A DNA stretch of 63,858 bases, counting the filler, from Reticulomyxa filosa (taxonomy: Eukaryota; Protista; Foraminifera), in the NCBI GenBank assembly GCA_000512085.1. It is 16 parts of 16 records of this genome, joined end to end, with 100 filler letters (N's around TTAATTAATTAA, not from the genome) between each part and the next. Parts side by side here need not be neighbours in the genome. Positions count along the whole stretch, not along the records: positions 34,435 to 50,766 come from ASPP01009226.1; positions 50,867 to 55,869 come from ASPP01029103.1; positions 55,970 to 57,291 come from ASPP01025735.1; positions 57,392 to 60,418 come from ASPP01009358.1; positions 60,519 to 62,378 come from ASPP01029633.1; 11 more parts are not named here. One strand, given 5' to 3'. Position numbers and translations under genes: made by a program. Below are positions 48,938 through 62,478 of this stretch, in pieces (position 1 is the first letter of the stretch; each line of letters starts with the position of its first letter). The notes under the pieces are model-generated. The model ran no database searches, was not told the DNA's origin, and saw only the letters and a program-made list of their open reading frames with translations.

Positions 48938-51781
48938 AATTTATTTATTTATTTTTTTAACAGGGACTTTTCAGTTTTTTAATTATTATAAATGTATATC
49001 CACAAACGCTATTATTAGCAGATGGAATATACAGTAACAATATTAAATATCACATATTATGATATTGTTAAAATAAAGATTATACATTGCGATTTTATTT
49101 GTTGAAATAATTCACAAATTAGTAATAATACGACAGATTATACAGCAAATGATATCAAATATCGGATTGATATAATTATAATTACAATGAAATTAATGTG
49201 ATTTGATTGATAAACGATTATTAAATAAAACATAACATTATTATATTATAGAATAACAAACTAAAGTTTTATTTAAATTTATATACAAGTAATTATGCTA
49301 CATTATTTTAAAAATTACATATTAATTTCAAGATTTAGAAAATTTAAAGAATAATTATGATGTACTATATGACAATATTTTAAAATGAAGTTAAATGATT
49401 ATAGTAATAACTAACAATAATATTTTTATATTACAATATATAATAATATTAGTGTTAATTTAGTATAATGAATTTGATTATTATAAAGTATTTAAAGATT
49501 ATTTGTAGAATTACTTGAATTAGTTTAACAAAGTAAACATGATTAATTATAAATTAGAAACATGACAAAGACAAAAAAGTTAATATATTTTAGTAGTGTA
49601 TATATATATTTTAAAAAATCTAAATAAAGAAAAGAATATAGAATGAAGTAATAGTATTAAATTTAATACATAGATATTACACAAAATACTAGTATAAATA
49701 TGTTATCAAAATAATTAAAGATAAGTAATTTAATGTTTGATATTAATATATACAAAAATACAGTTTGATTAGAATAAATAAATATAAAATTTATTTTAAC
49801 TAATAAAAAAGTGTAAACTATTAATGAATTCAAAAAGAAAATTAATGTGTAAATATTGAAATTTATGCAATAATAAGAAGCAAAATATAGTAACAATAAT
49901 AATTTAAAAAATATTTTAAAGTTAACAACGTACAATAAACTGATTGTAATTATATATTATTCAAAAAGAAATATATTTATATTAAATCAAGATTATTTGC
50001 ACAAACAATTTGAATATGAACTAAGTATGTTGATGCTGGAAATGCGATAATTGATATAATGACTGTATAGAAAAACAACAATATATAGTGTGATGATAAT
50101 TTATATTAATTAATGAAAAAATAAAAGAACATATTTTAAAACAAAAAACACTACTTAATTTGATAATTGTAAGATAACATGCAACTAAGAAGGAAATTAC
50201 AAGTTATAAAAATCAACATGATGTAAAGGTATTAATTCACTTCATGAAGGAAATAAAATAACATATTTATACAATTTAAGATATTGAACAAAAATAATTT
50301 TAGTTGACGAACATTGTAATATTACAAAAGATAAGTTATTTAGACTATACTGATTTTCGCATACAAAGATCAAAATAAAAAAAACCAGATAAATGTTAAA
50401 GAATAATGATAGAATAAATGATATTCATATTTGGATTGAGTTTGCAAATTGGATATGCGTATTGAATAGAAGAATGCAAATATTGTGCTTCACAAGACTG
50501 ACATAAATAATAGTAAGTTAAAGAATAATATGTCGATCGCATTTCAATCAAATGTCGACAAATTAGTGGAAATGATAATCAAAATGCAATTAACGCTGTT
50601 GAAGGACAAGCAATTATTGAGAGTGTAATGTGCTTTCTTATATTCTGTTACAGTTTTTGCAATGTCTTTTGTTGCAATTTATTTTCTGGAAGAATAGTCG
50701 GTTCAGCATATGTGTATTATGGGACTGTAAACAGTGTTTTATAAAAATTCACATATATATTGACTTNNNNNNNNNNNNNNNNNNNNNNNNNNNNNNNNNN
50801 NNNNNNNNNNTTAATTAATTAANNNNNNNNNNNNNNNNNNNNNNNNNNNNNNNNNNNNNNNNNNNNTTTTAATTTTTACCAAACGGTAGTCAAACAAATT
50901 ATGTTTTAGCCGTGGTTCACATGTTTTTGTTTTTCTTTGATGTGTTACTGTGAATACACGCTTAAACAACGAAACAAGCGACGTTACCTACTTTAATAAA
51001 GTTAAATATATTTGTTTGTAATACGATCGCACAAATTTGCGGAGTTCTTTCGCTTTGATGAAAAGATTCTCGATAATGTGCGAAGAGAAATTTGCTTCGT
51101 GGTTCTTTGCACAACTGGAAGCACACATACACGCACAAATTCGACTAGTTACTTTCGTTTTTATGAAAGTAACTCGATAATGTGCAAAAATAAATTTACC
51201 TCGTGGTTATTTGCGCAACTCTGAGGTGAACATAACTTGTTCAATTTTTGTGTTTGTATGTTTTTAATAGGAAATTCGCACTTTTTGGACTGAAAGAGCT
51301 TTTGCACTTTTGTTTTATTGGAAACTGCTCTCAATAAAAGCATCTGTCGTATTACACAACTTCTGTACCTGAGCTTTCTACAATATTAACGATTTTTTAT
51401 GATTTTATACGCTTTTATTAAACAAAATACATTGGACTATCTTCATAGATGTTTATTTTAGGTTAATCTTTTTTATCTATCGATTGTATATTCAAAAGTA
51501 ATAATATATAAAAATCAATATTGAACTGATATCATATATTTATGAGAAAATGAAATTTTATTTTCGTTCCAGAAAAACTGAAAATCAGAAAATAAAAACA
51601 AAGATGCTGGCTCATTTTCTTTTCTATCTTTGGAAACTGTCATTTCGCGATACTTTATTCACAACACGTATGACCAGTTGAAAAGAAGCTTGTGTGTTTG
51701 AAAAGGGAGACAAAATTTTCGAGTTAAATAGCGGATCGTTCATTGAAAGACTTCGTTTTGTAAAAAGAAAAAAAGTGAATA

Positions 51782-53413
51782 ATGTGTTTCATTGGATTCT
51801 TGTTGCATGAATGGGGCGTAATTTTACAAATAAGGAGCTCTCATTCACTTGAGCTAGGTCTTGCGAAGGTCCCACGAGAACTTGCGCTGAAGTATATTCG
51901 ACTGTTGATGGCACTTCTCATAATTTTCAATGTGATTGTGATAAACTTTTTGGGGGAAGAATATTTTCCTTTATTTACGTATTCACTGAATGGGAGGTAT
52001 TTATTTTTGAGCACAGACGTCGCAGTGGTGTACATTTTGCTTGGTACAGTAGCGATATTTATAATTCCAGCCATAATTTCCATTTGTTTGATAATTGCAT
52101 ATTGCATATACCTGGAAGTAGCAACCATCGCAGATAGTATGGCGGGGATAGGCATTTATATCATTTTCCTTTCAGGTACGATAAAATTAAAAAAATGGTT
52201 CTTTTTGTTTAACTCTGTTAACTTCCTTAATGACGACAATAATAATAAATAGGTTGTGTGGTCCCTGGAGTTACGATGATATTTGTGGGATTGTTTGTGG
52301 GAATGTTTTGTTTTTGCCCACTGCTTCTCCCTTTGCTGTGGGTGGAATTTATATTGGGAACAAGATTTTCGCTTGCGGCGATTATATATTTTTCCAAATT
52401 GAGGTGTTTGCAGTTTGCAGTATACGTAGAACGAATGAAATACGAATTAACAGTCGAACAAGGGCTACAGGGAAGCAAACCAATAGTAGGAGATGAAGAT
52501 ATAAGAGAAAAACAACAATGTATCTCGGCTATGTTTGAAGATGTAGGCAAATATATGATAGCAAAGGGTATGACACACAGAAATAAAGAGCTGACTGAAA
52601 CACCGAATGTTTTGCCCTTCTTGCACTCACTCGATTATGCGTGTAATATATCCAAGAAAGCGAATAAATTGACTCCAGCCTCAGCTAAGACTGACAATGC
52701 AGTCTCGGACACACTTGTTTTAAATGATATCTTTACAACGGATTCGATGATAATAATGTTTGGATATTTGATACTGTTGGCCTTTTTTTTTGATTGGTCA
52801 AATTCTTGCATTTTGGTTTGCTTATGATGTGCATTCCTTACTTACACATGGCTCTGTTTGGAAAACAGAGTCTCAAAGTTGGGACATTTTCCTTTGTCTT
52901 GTGGTGAGCCATGCAATTTTTGCTCTGCTAGCCGTTCTTGTCATTGTTTTGCACTTTCAAAGTGTCACATTTCTGATTAATCAAAATTTTATCTGGGCTT
53001 ATGGTCTAGAAAAAGAGGCTATCATTTATAAAACGAATCATCCCTATTCCACTTCGTTTAATTTTGACTTCAATGAACATTATTATCTGGTGAATATGGA
53101 AAAGGCTTGTTATCATTATTTCGTTGTTCGATATCTTTATAGTATATGTGATGATTGGATGGGTCAGATCATCGTGCAATTCTTATATCGGTCTATTCTG
53201 GAGTGGCCTGTGTCTGAACAAAGTAAAGATGCTTCTGATCAAATTTGGTCAAGTGCTTTTCCTAATCAAGCGCAGCCGATAGTTCATTCGGAGCAGGACT
53301 CTGATGACTCGGAAAGCCTTAGTATGAAAAAATCTACTCACAATCGGCAATTGGAATTTGCTGGGGACAAGGCAAACATTGCACGCCTGATCCAAGCAAT
53401 TTTAGAACTGTAA
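51782..53413 (+). CDS. Hypothetical multi-pass membrane protein (1 intron, 1 homopolymer frameshift)
   Basis: Three consecutive hydrophobic ORFs joined by intron ~52176-52251 and a T9 run at 52783-52791. Confidence 0.6.
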
Positions 53414-55050
53414 ACACTTTTTAACGAATATTGCCCAAGAGACAAAAAATAATAAATTTTCTAGACGTTTCTTTTGTATATAATTACAGTTTTAAAGCCC
53501 CTGTCACATAATGCTACTATCTTGCCTGTGATTCGTCACTCATTGAAGGAATACTTTTAAAAAAAGAATTAACTTTTTAATCTTAAACACTTTTGACTAC
53601 TTTTGTGCAACTCTTCAGTAATCTGGGAATTAAAAAATTATTTTTCTAAGCTTTGATAACATGAAATGATAAGAATGATGACAGATAAAAAAATAAAAAA
53701 TCTGAAACTGGACTCTTTTTAAGTAAGACTATGTTTTATGCTTTTTCAACAATGATCTTTACTTATTTTTTATGAAATTTACATTATTCAAATTTTACAA
53801 CATTAGGAAGATTGAGAGGCAGCACCAAGTGTAATATGAAAGTAATTACTAAAAGAGTTTTCGAAAAGTAAAATAAAGTAGTTAAATAATAAAGAGATAA
53901 ACAACTCACTAACAAAGAAATAAAAAAACAGAAAAGTAAAGAAGAAGACAGTGAAAGTTCCATATTGTCGAAGAGGTATCTTGGTAAACGTAGTTAAAAA
54001 GTGTTAATATATACTTTAAAGGTAATTGTTTGTTGTAGAAACTTAAAACTTCGAACAAATCAGTTTTTTTTGTTCGTTTTGAAAATTATAAATTTGCATG
54101 AACAATAAAAGAATAATTCTTATAAAAGCACAAATAATATACATTATATAGATTTCAATGACTTCAAATTAAATATAAAATCCAAATAAAATAAGATCAA
54201 TGAAACAAACATGTCTACAAAACAAATAAGTAAATATGTAATATATTTGAAAGAAAGTATTGACTTTCTTTCTAATCAAAAAACGTGGACACATACAAGT
54301 TTTTATGGCGATTTGAGCAACAAATTTGAACTTCTGTGGATATGTTTAATTTGATTTGTTTGTATAAAACAAAGATTTCTAATTATTACAATTTTTTTAC
54401 AATATGACAAAAATATTTGAATTTCTTTTTCAAAAAAAGCGCGTTGTGAAATATTTTATGTGTTTTTCATGATATGATTGTCACCAACTTATTGAATATG
54501 ACAAAAGAATTATGTATGTATTTTTGTAATTGCTATCCAAATCTCATTTCAAAAATTTTTGAAAATATTCATTTTGTTAACTGTTTTAAACAAAATATTG
54601 CATTTTTGCTTTTGTCTGTAATATTATTAACTAAAACACAAGATAGCACAATAATATTATCATAGATAATATGTGTTTGCAGGTTTTAAGAAAGGCCAAA
54701 CAAACAACATAAAACAAATTGAAATAAATAATTTATGTGTTGTTAGTGAACAACAGCAGATGTCCAGAGAAATTGTAATGAACAAAAGATATTTTGAAAC
54801 ATTTGTGGTTTTCACAAAGAAAACCTTGAAATCAATCTTAGAACAGTTGGCTTGATATGTCTAACAAAATGATCAAATAATTAACAAATTATAAAAATCA
54901 AACAGGCAGCATGTGAATAACGCAATAACAAATTGTTTAATTGTCTTTTTATCTGCTTTGATTTTTTGTTTTTATAATACAACAAATTACACTAATTAAA
55001 TAAATACAAAAAGACCAAGAGTGAGGAAGAAAAAGCAATAAAATAAAATA

Positions 55051-55810
55051 ATGAACGAAGAAGAGCATAAAGCATTGGCCTTTAATTTGCAGATTCGGAC
55101 ATCAGAAGCTGAAGTCAAAAAGCATGATACAGGTGATAGCGAGACAGCAAAAACAAGTTTACTGCAAAACTCGTTTTTAGAGGAGGTAGAACTGGTTGCG
55201 AGTGAACGAACGAACACAGAAGCAAAAACGCCACAAAAAGACGAGTTAAAGGAGTGGTTGTCTCGTCTTGCTGATAATAATCCAAATGTGTTGAGCTCAA
55301 ATGACTGGGACTCAATTAATGAAGTGTTCTTATCTGCCTTAGACAAAGGTGATCTAACATGGAACGATGAAAACGGTGGACTCGAGCAAAGGATCAAGTT
55401 CAAAAAAAAACTTTAATTCCCCGCAAATAAGAGGAGAGAGTGTATAAAAAAACAAAAAAACACGACCTTTTTGTTTTTGTTTCCTTTTTTTTTTTTGTAG
55501 AGACTACTGTGCATCCAACGAGCACGAATTATCGCACCTCCCATTGGACATCTTTTTGAAGTGTATGAATCCGGACATGTCAAAAGCACCACACGGTGTA
55601 GCGATGGCAACGCCAGTCACGACAACGACACTACTAAGCAATATCCCAGATACGCCAGTGGAGAGTACTGAAAATGAACACCACGTCGATGACAATGGTG
55701 ATGACGACGAGGCTATCGTGGACACATTGCAACATATACAGCATCAAAATGGTGCTAATCAACAAATCGCTGTCGAATCGGGAGTGGATTTAATCTTTGA
55801 ATTGCAATAT
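55051..55810 (+). CDS. Hypothetical protein, 5' exons
   Basis: Two open frames separated by a GT-AG intron (~55398-55500); truncated by contig end. Confidence 0.5.
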
Positions 55811-56719
55811 CAAGTTTTAAAAAAAAAAAAATTCTCTCCCTCCCTTTGCTCCTTCTCTATACACACCTGNNNNNNNNNNNNNNNNNNNNNNNNNNNNNNN
55901 NNNNNNNNNNNNNTTAATTAATTAANNNNNNNNNNNNNNNNNNNNNNNNNNNNNNNNNNNNNNNNNNNNTTCATAAAATATTATTTCTTCAATCGCATGT
56001 TGAATACTAAATAAAATATATTATAAATTCTCAAAAATAACATTTTTTTTCATTAAAAATTAAATTTCTGCATCAAATTTCATGATATTTTTGAAAAAAA
56101 TGAGTAAAATGATGATATTTTTGAAAAAAAATGAAAAAAAACTAATCATTGCTGATCAGACATTATCATTTTCCGCCAATTACAGTTGACTGCCTGGATC
56201 TGCTTCCTAGATTTAAGCAACATTAAAGCTGCACAAGATCTTACTGCCCAGAGGGACCTTGCTCATCGTCGGCGCCGTCAGAGAATCAACTGAGGTAGGC
56301 AGATGTTAAGTCGATTATTCCCTGGTTCGACTTATCTTCTTGACTTTTCATACATAACACTTTTTTTTTTTTTCTTATGGTTTTTCCTATTGTTTTGACT
56401 TTGGTTTTGTTTTGCGAAAAAGTGTCATTTGGTCTCCAAAAAAAAAGGGGTGAGTACAATTTACAAGAGAAAGCGTTTTAATCAAGAGATACTATTATAT
56501 AGTTGTCAAATATTGTTTGACTTTATTCAATCAAAAAAGTCTTTGTTTAATTAAAAAAAGACAGGCTTGGCAAAACAAAACACATTACACAAATGATACA
56601 TCCAATTGAAACTCAAGACAAAAATTTTTTTTCAATCGTTGTGCTAATTTCTTCAAGCACAAAATAAAAAAGGATTCAATTGGAATCCACCCTATCAACC
56701 ACACAAGCATGAAACATGC

Positions 56720-57280
56720 TATCGTGTGACAGGCAGCAAATGATACAAGTGGTCTCGCAATGTCTCCACACATATAAACACGCTTTTTGGTGCTATGTTT
56801 TCGATATCCCACAACATGAGCAACCAAGTAATCGTCGTGCTTTTTCAATCTGTATAGCTCCTTTTTTTAAAAAAAAGAATTTCAATCAAACAATAATTAT
56901 TTTTTTTACCCCCTTCCACAATTAAAGATGTGTACGTAGCGCATTCATCAAAATCAACAACAAATACATCAATTAAAAAAAAACTAAACTTTAGATTTAA
57001 ACTTTTTTTCATTTGGTGCATTGTTATCATACGATAGCGAAAATGCGCAATTTACCGCCAACTGCTTATTTCCATTTAATCCATTCCGAACAATTAATTT
57101 ATTGTCTTGCAAGGCCGTTATTATATGATGACTGTTCAAACTCCGATGCAACGCATACATCTTTCCAAAGTATCGTATGCGTAGCTTCCGTTGGTTGGGT
57201 TCATATCCTTTCACTTCAGTATTTCCTGCAATCTTGGACAACATATTCTGGCCTGCATCATCCCAAACAAAACGCATTCA
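56720..57280 (-). pseudogene. Decayed G-protein beta subunit gene
   Basis: YFGKMYALHRSLNSHHIITALQDNKLIVRN...NKQLAV, LKKHDDYL and MLWDIEN align with G-beta GHLAKIYAMHW...SASQDGKLIIWD...NKVHAI, L.GH.GYL and LWDIE, with W>R changes and deletions. Confidence 0.7.
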
Positions 57281-57391
57281 AACAATTTTTTNNNNNNNNN
57301 NNNNNNNNNNNNNNNNNNNNNNNNNNNNNNNNNNNTTAATTAATTAANNNNNNNNNNNNNNNNNNNNNNNNNNNNNNNNNNNNNNNNNNNN

Positions 57392-57428
<37 letters not shown>

Positions 57429-57429
57429 G

Positions 57430-58065
57430 TTTGGTGATAATGGGGTCTTCTCTTCATGCTCTTTGCTTTTTTGATTGTAAATGTGATCGCTTGTCACATC
57501 CACAAACAACTTGCGCTGATACTTTTGTACAAGCCATGATTCCATCACCATTGGCCCTTGGTCCTCTGGTGGCTTCACTAAAAATGATGGCACTTTGGAC
57601 TCGTAATATTGCTTTGCCAATGTGTTCCCTTTCTTACTCATCGCTTGGATCACGTCCGGCGTCCATGCTTTGCTGTCCAACCACAACGAACGAACCTGAC
57701 TCACGTGCGTGCCCAACGCTCGATGTCGTCCCGAACACTTTTCACACAAAAATACTCCCAAATTCATCGAAGCCCATTCCACGTCTCGAGACTCACACTC
57801 GATACATTGTCTGTTGTTTTTTTGTTTCGTTTCTTTCATCATGCGCCATCACAAAAGAGGGACATACAACAACGCCGAGAAAAATACAGATTCACTTCAC
57901 TCATTTCCTGGAATCTCAAGTAATTTTAACACTTCTGGTGGAATCTTTTGTTGCTAATGTTGTTTTTTTTGTATGTTTTTCTTTCCCTCTTCTTTCAAAC
58001 AAAAACTTTGCAGCGTTTTTATTACTGTCTCTCGATACTTGACATACCTTTGTTCCATAGGACAT
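57430..58065 (-). CDS. ArfGAP-domain protein, 5' exons
   Basis: Spliced PGNEQCIEC...WASMNLGVFLCEKCSGRHRALGTHVSQVRS (Cx2Cx16Cx2Cx4R), GN..A...YE, KY..K.F. Confidence 0.93.
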
Positions 58066-59729
58066 TTGTACGTCGGATTGGAGTAACTAGAATTGAATGA
58101 TCAAATGAAGATTTTGATATTGCATACACTGGCTAGTTTCGATTAACAACAAGGGGACATTACACAAACTTGCCAAGGCTACACTGGTGGTCACAACACA
58201 AGAAAGGCTAAAATGGTGCACTATGATTTAATTGCCATAACACTGAGCTTCACTATTTTTGTTATCTCTACAGATATTTTTTTCCATGCCATGAACAAAA
58301 GACTTTTCCTTTTTAGTCTAATTTTCAATTAAAAATATTTTTTGGTATATCAGCTTCTTTATTTACAGAAACGTACTCGTCCATTGAAAATTTTAAATGG
58401 GCATTTCTTTAAATTTCAGGACTAACTACACTATTATCTTTTTAATTTTAGATATTTTTGGTTATGGTTTAGCACAAACTGTTTGTGACTTGGAAGAAAA
58501 AAAGAAGCAAGTCAGTGACTCCAACACCTGTTGCGAAAAAAGGTGTTCATGGCAGAAATATTCAGTAACATTGTGTTCTTTTTTGAACTCTTAAATAATT
58601 ATTGTTATGTATTTGTGCTCTTTTTGTTTCCTGTTATATTTAATTGCAGCTTTATACAATATATTTCTGGAGAACAATCTTCACTAAGTAATTGCAGAAT
58701 GTTGTTTGACGATAGTATGTTTCTGTTTGCACTTTGTTCAGTGTTGCGCTTACTGCAAATTTGCAATTACTTCAAATAATCAATATTTCTTTCTTGTGCT
58801 TGTAGTAGTTACATAATTTAGATTCTTTTTCATTACTTCAATTTAGTGTATTTTCAATATTAATACATTCAGGAAAGGATACGTTTTCTATTACTATTCT
58901 AATTACACTAAAACATTGATTTGTGAATTTGCTACAATATACAAATATGGTAATATAGTCATTGTTGAATGATGTCAAAATTTTGTCTGCTGTTGGTTCT
59001 GCCAATCGATATGCACTTGACAAGTTGTTGTATGTGCATTTTTCTGATAATCGAATGTATTTGTAGTATAATTTAATATCTTATTATTCCAAATGATATA
59101 TTTGTGCAATCATGTTCACTGTGTCATATACAGTGCTGCTTATCACTACAAGTATTTTACACATTGAAATTCTTTGTATTTGCTATAATTTTTTCTTATT
59201 AGTCTATGTCTATAGCTGACATCCATATTCTAAAATCAGTTGAATAATTGTTTTATACAACATATTGTAAACTAAAACTAGGCTGAATACCTTTATATGA
59301 GCATATGAAGGTTATATATCACAATTTTCGAGCTGGTTTTCCATATACGTAATGTATGTGTTGTTTATACGTGAATAGCAATACTTCAGTAATTTACATG
59401 TTCCAAAATTTGAAAAGATTAAATATGTCCAGTGCAAATAAAAGCAATGTAGATAATGCAGAGCGAATAACAGAATTAAGTGGGACAGACATGAATAAAT
59501 TTGTTTTGATTTTGACACGTTATATCGAGTACCCAACAATATATTCAAATCCACAAATTATTTAATTAAAATATATTTTGATTGTATTAAATTATCGTCA
59601 GCAAGATATTGTTATCAAAAAAAAGAAATGAAAACAAAATACGAAAAAAAATCTTGTTTGGTAATAACCCAAAAAGATTGGCAGAAAAGATAATCGATAA
59701 ACATCTTTAAAATCACCCTCCTTAGAATA

Positions 59730-60294
59730 ATGAGCATTGATTGTGAGAATAAGGCGCTGTCACACGTGTTGACTTCGAACAAGCGTTTGACTCATTTATT
59801 GTCACATCTTTCGGCGAGCCCAGTCCACGGTAAAAAAAGTGGAGAAGAGGAGTCGAGCCCCTCACAAGCGAAGCACGAGAAGCAAGACTCAATAACGGTT
59901 GTGGACAATCGTACAGGGAAGCAAGTGGCCATAACAATCGAGCATGGTGGTTTTGTGGCCGCCGAGAACCTGTGGAAATTGAAGTTGCGATTATATGACC
60001 CAGGATACCTGAACACGGCATCGGCAAAGTCGTCGATTACATACATTGACGGAGACAAAGGCATATTGGAATATCGTGGATATCCCATCGAAGAACTCGC
60101 CGAAAAGTCCAGTTTTTTGGAAGTCGCATATTTGTTGCTTTACGGAGAGTTGCCAATAAACGACCAGTTGGACTACTTCCAACGGCGAGTCATGACACAT
60201 TCCTTCCTTCACCATGACGTGGCCCAAATCATTAAATCGTTTCGATATGACGCCCATCCTGTGGGAATGCTCGCTACTTCAACTGCTGCTTTAA
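59730..60294 (+). CDS. CS: Peroxisomal/glyoxysomal-type citrate synthase, first exon
   Basis: LRLYDPGYLNTA, ITYIDGDKGILEYRGYPIEELAE, FLEVAYLLLYGELP and DAHP motifs; N-terminal RLTHLLSHL. Confidence 0.93.
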
Positions 60295-60589
60295 GTTTGT
60301 TTTTTGTAATTTTATTTTTTTATTATCTTATTTAACAAGGGAAAAAGGGGGGGTGGGTAAAGCCCCTTTGAAATTTTTGATATCACACGCTTTAATACTT
60401 TTTTTTTTTTTGTGCATCNNNNNNNNNNNNNNNNNNNNNNNNNNNNNNNNNNNNNNNNNNNNTTAATTAATTAANNNNNNNNNNNNNNNNNNNNNNNNNN
60501 NNNNNNNNNNNNNNNNNNCAGTCATATCAAATGAACAAATGAATAAATGAATGAATGAATTTATTATTATTGCAATTATAATAAAAAAA

Positions 60590-62378
60590 CTTAACATTGT
60601 CGTTATTGTCATTATCGTTCAAGTAATTCTAGTTGTCGCAGTCGTTCTCATGCTGATTTCCCTTGTCGTAGTCGTCGTCATTGTCATCTATGTCTTCGTC
60701 TTCTTGCATTTCCTTCTTAAGCATGTTATCTCTGGTTCAGCCTATGTCCATGTACACATTGGTGGCATATTCCAACAGCTGTTCAAATGCGTTTTTGCGC
60801 ATAAACTGCTGATGTCTCGACGACTGCATTGAACTCGAGTCTCTATCAATGCGTCATCCAGCTGTCACAAGATATCACCGTTTTCGTGCCTCTGCAGATA
60901 AAAAAACTCTTGCATGTTGCAATAAAAGTAGTATTCCATCGATCATGGAGGAGGTGTATTCGGATGTTAGTTTGATGACGACCGAGTACGGCGTCAATAC
61001 CTGGATGTGACATGACGCTAATGTTGCGCGGCGCAAGTTTCAAATCGAGTGGCAACTGGTTGCTGTTGGAACTGACATCGGACAATGTTTGCAGGTGGGA
61101 ACATCGAACACGCAGGCTTCGCCAATATGGAGTAGCAAAAATTTGATAAAAGACTTGGTGTCGTCAAAGGGCAAAGTGGTATACACTTGCAACAACTTGT
61201 CTTTGTTGTGTTCGAAGATTGCGTTGAATTGCAGCAGCAAATGATACAGACTGTGAGTGGCCAGCGGCAATATTGACAATTGGTGCGGTTCAAACATGTG
61301 GCAATGCACAACGATGGGCAAGAAGAGTGTCGGCAATCGAAGTGAACGCATGCAAGCGGTAGATAAGCTTCAAGTTGCGACACATGCACAAACAAAATTT
61401 TTGCAATGTATGATGTCACATCTAAGATGGAGATGAAGACAGAAGTGGAGGAGAATTTTGCGTACTGGAACCACCTTTATGTGCAACTTTCGATCAACTT
61501 CATTACGTCGTGCCGCAACGACTCGATTCGAATTCATTCGCAATGACACCATCAGCAAATGCTGTCCATCAAAATGCACATGTCTTTGGCTGTCAATTGA
61601 CACAACAACAGACTACACAAAATGACTCGAAAGAGTTGGATTGACAAGTCGTCTAATGTCTTAGACATGCTCCCACTTCTCTTTCAACCTCGTCCCGCGT
61701 CGCCACCACTGGCGCTGCTGCTGCCAACTACGGGCGAGTATTGCACCGGAGCCAAGGACTGCGTGACTTTGTTGCCAATCTGCGTGAACTTGTGCGCCTA
61801 AATCTTTACAATTTCTCTCAAATCATGCGTTTCTTCGTTCATATTCAGTCCGTCCAATCCGTCAAAGTACACCACAAGTACAAGGCGCACTTGCTGTAGC
61901 ACTGCCCCACCAGCTCGATCAATAGCCATGAGAAGTCAATTGTTACTTCTCCATCCGAAAATATACCAAACGATTCCATTCAAAAGTACCAATATACATT
62001 GTCATTATTATTATTGTGTTGTTTGTAGCAAGCACATTACTGTCGACAGGTTTCGATGGGAAATATTGTTCAATCGCGTCGACAATCGATTGAAACGAAT
62101 GCCAGTCTGTTCGATTCAACTTCAAATACAATTGCAGACAACGTATCTCCAAGCATTTGTGGCCAACATCCCGAGTGTCTTCCACAGTAAATATCCAAGC
62201 ATGTTCGATGAACTGGATGCAATTGCGACTGTATCAAGCCGATCAACAGCTCGCCATCTTTATTCGAAGTTGCGCAGCGCGAATGAAAAGTTAGAGATAA
62301 AGCAGTCAATGATTGACTTATAGCTTTGGCCCATGAGCTCCCACGGGTGCTCCGAGTTCAGCACTCGCGAAAAAGGCA
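60590..62378 (-). pseudogene. Heavily frameshifted coding-like region, unidentified
   Basis: GC-elevated 1.8 kb made of protein-like minus-strand fragments in alternating frames, ending in an acidic tail; no long ORF. Confidence 0.45.
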
Positions 62379-62478
62379 NNNNNNNNNNNNNNNNNNNNNN
62401 NNNNNNNNNNNNNNNNNNNNNNTTAATTAATTAANNNNNNNNNNNNNNNNNNNNNNNNNNNNNNNNNNNNNNNNNNNN

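Noticed and set aside
48940-50766. Extremely AT-rich stretch as organellar DNA or an origin
   Set aside because: No recognisable genes, tRNAs or repeats; similar tracts occur at 26400-27600 and 30365-31200.
58840-59250. Possible decayed TPR gene (YNNLSSAY) on the minus strand
   Set aside because: Single weak motif.
3649-60294. prpB and citrate synthase as a methylcitrate gene cluster
   Set aside because: They are on different contigs, and the synthase looks like peroxisomal CS rather than PrpC.
9271-62478. Regularly recurring TTAATTAATTAA palindrome as a biological repeat or CRISPR-like array
   Set aside because: Always centred in exactly 88 Ns with stops in six frames, so it is a concatenation linker. 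ORFs running into it and gene adjacency across it are meaningless.
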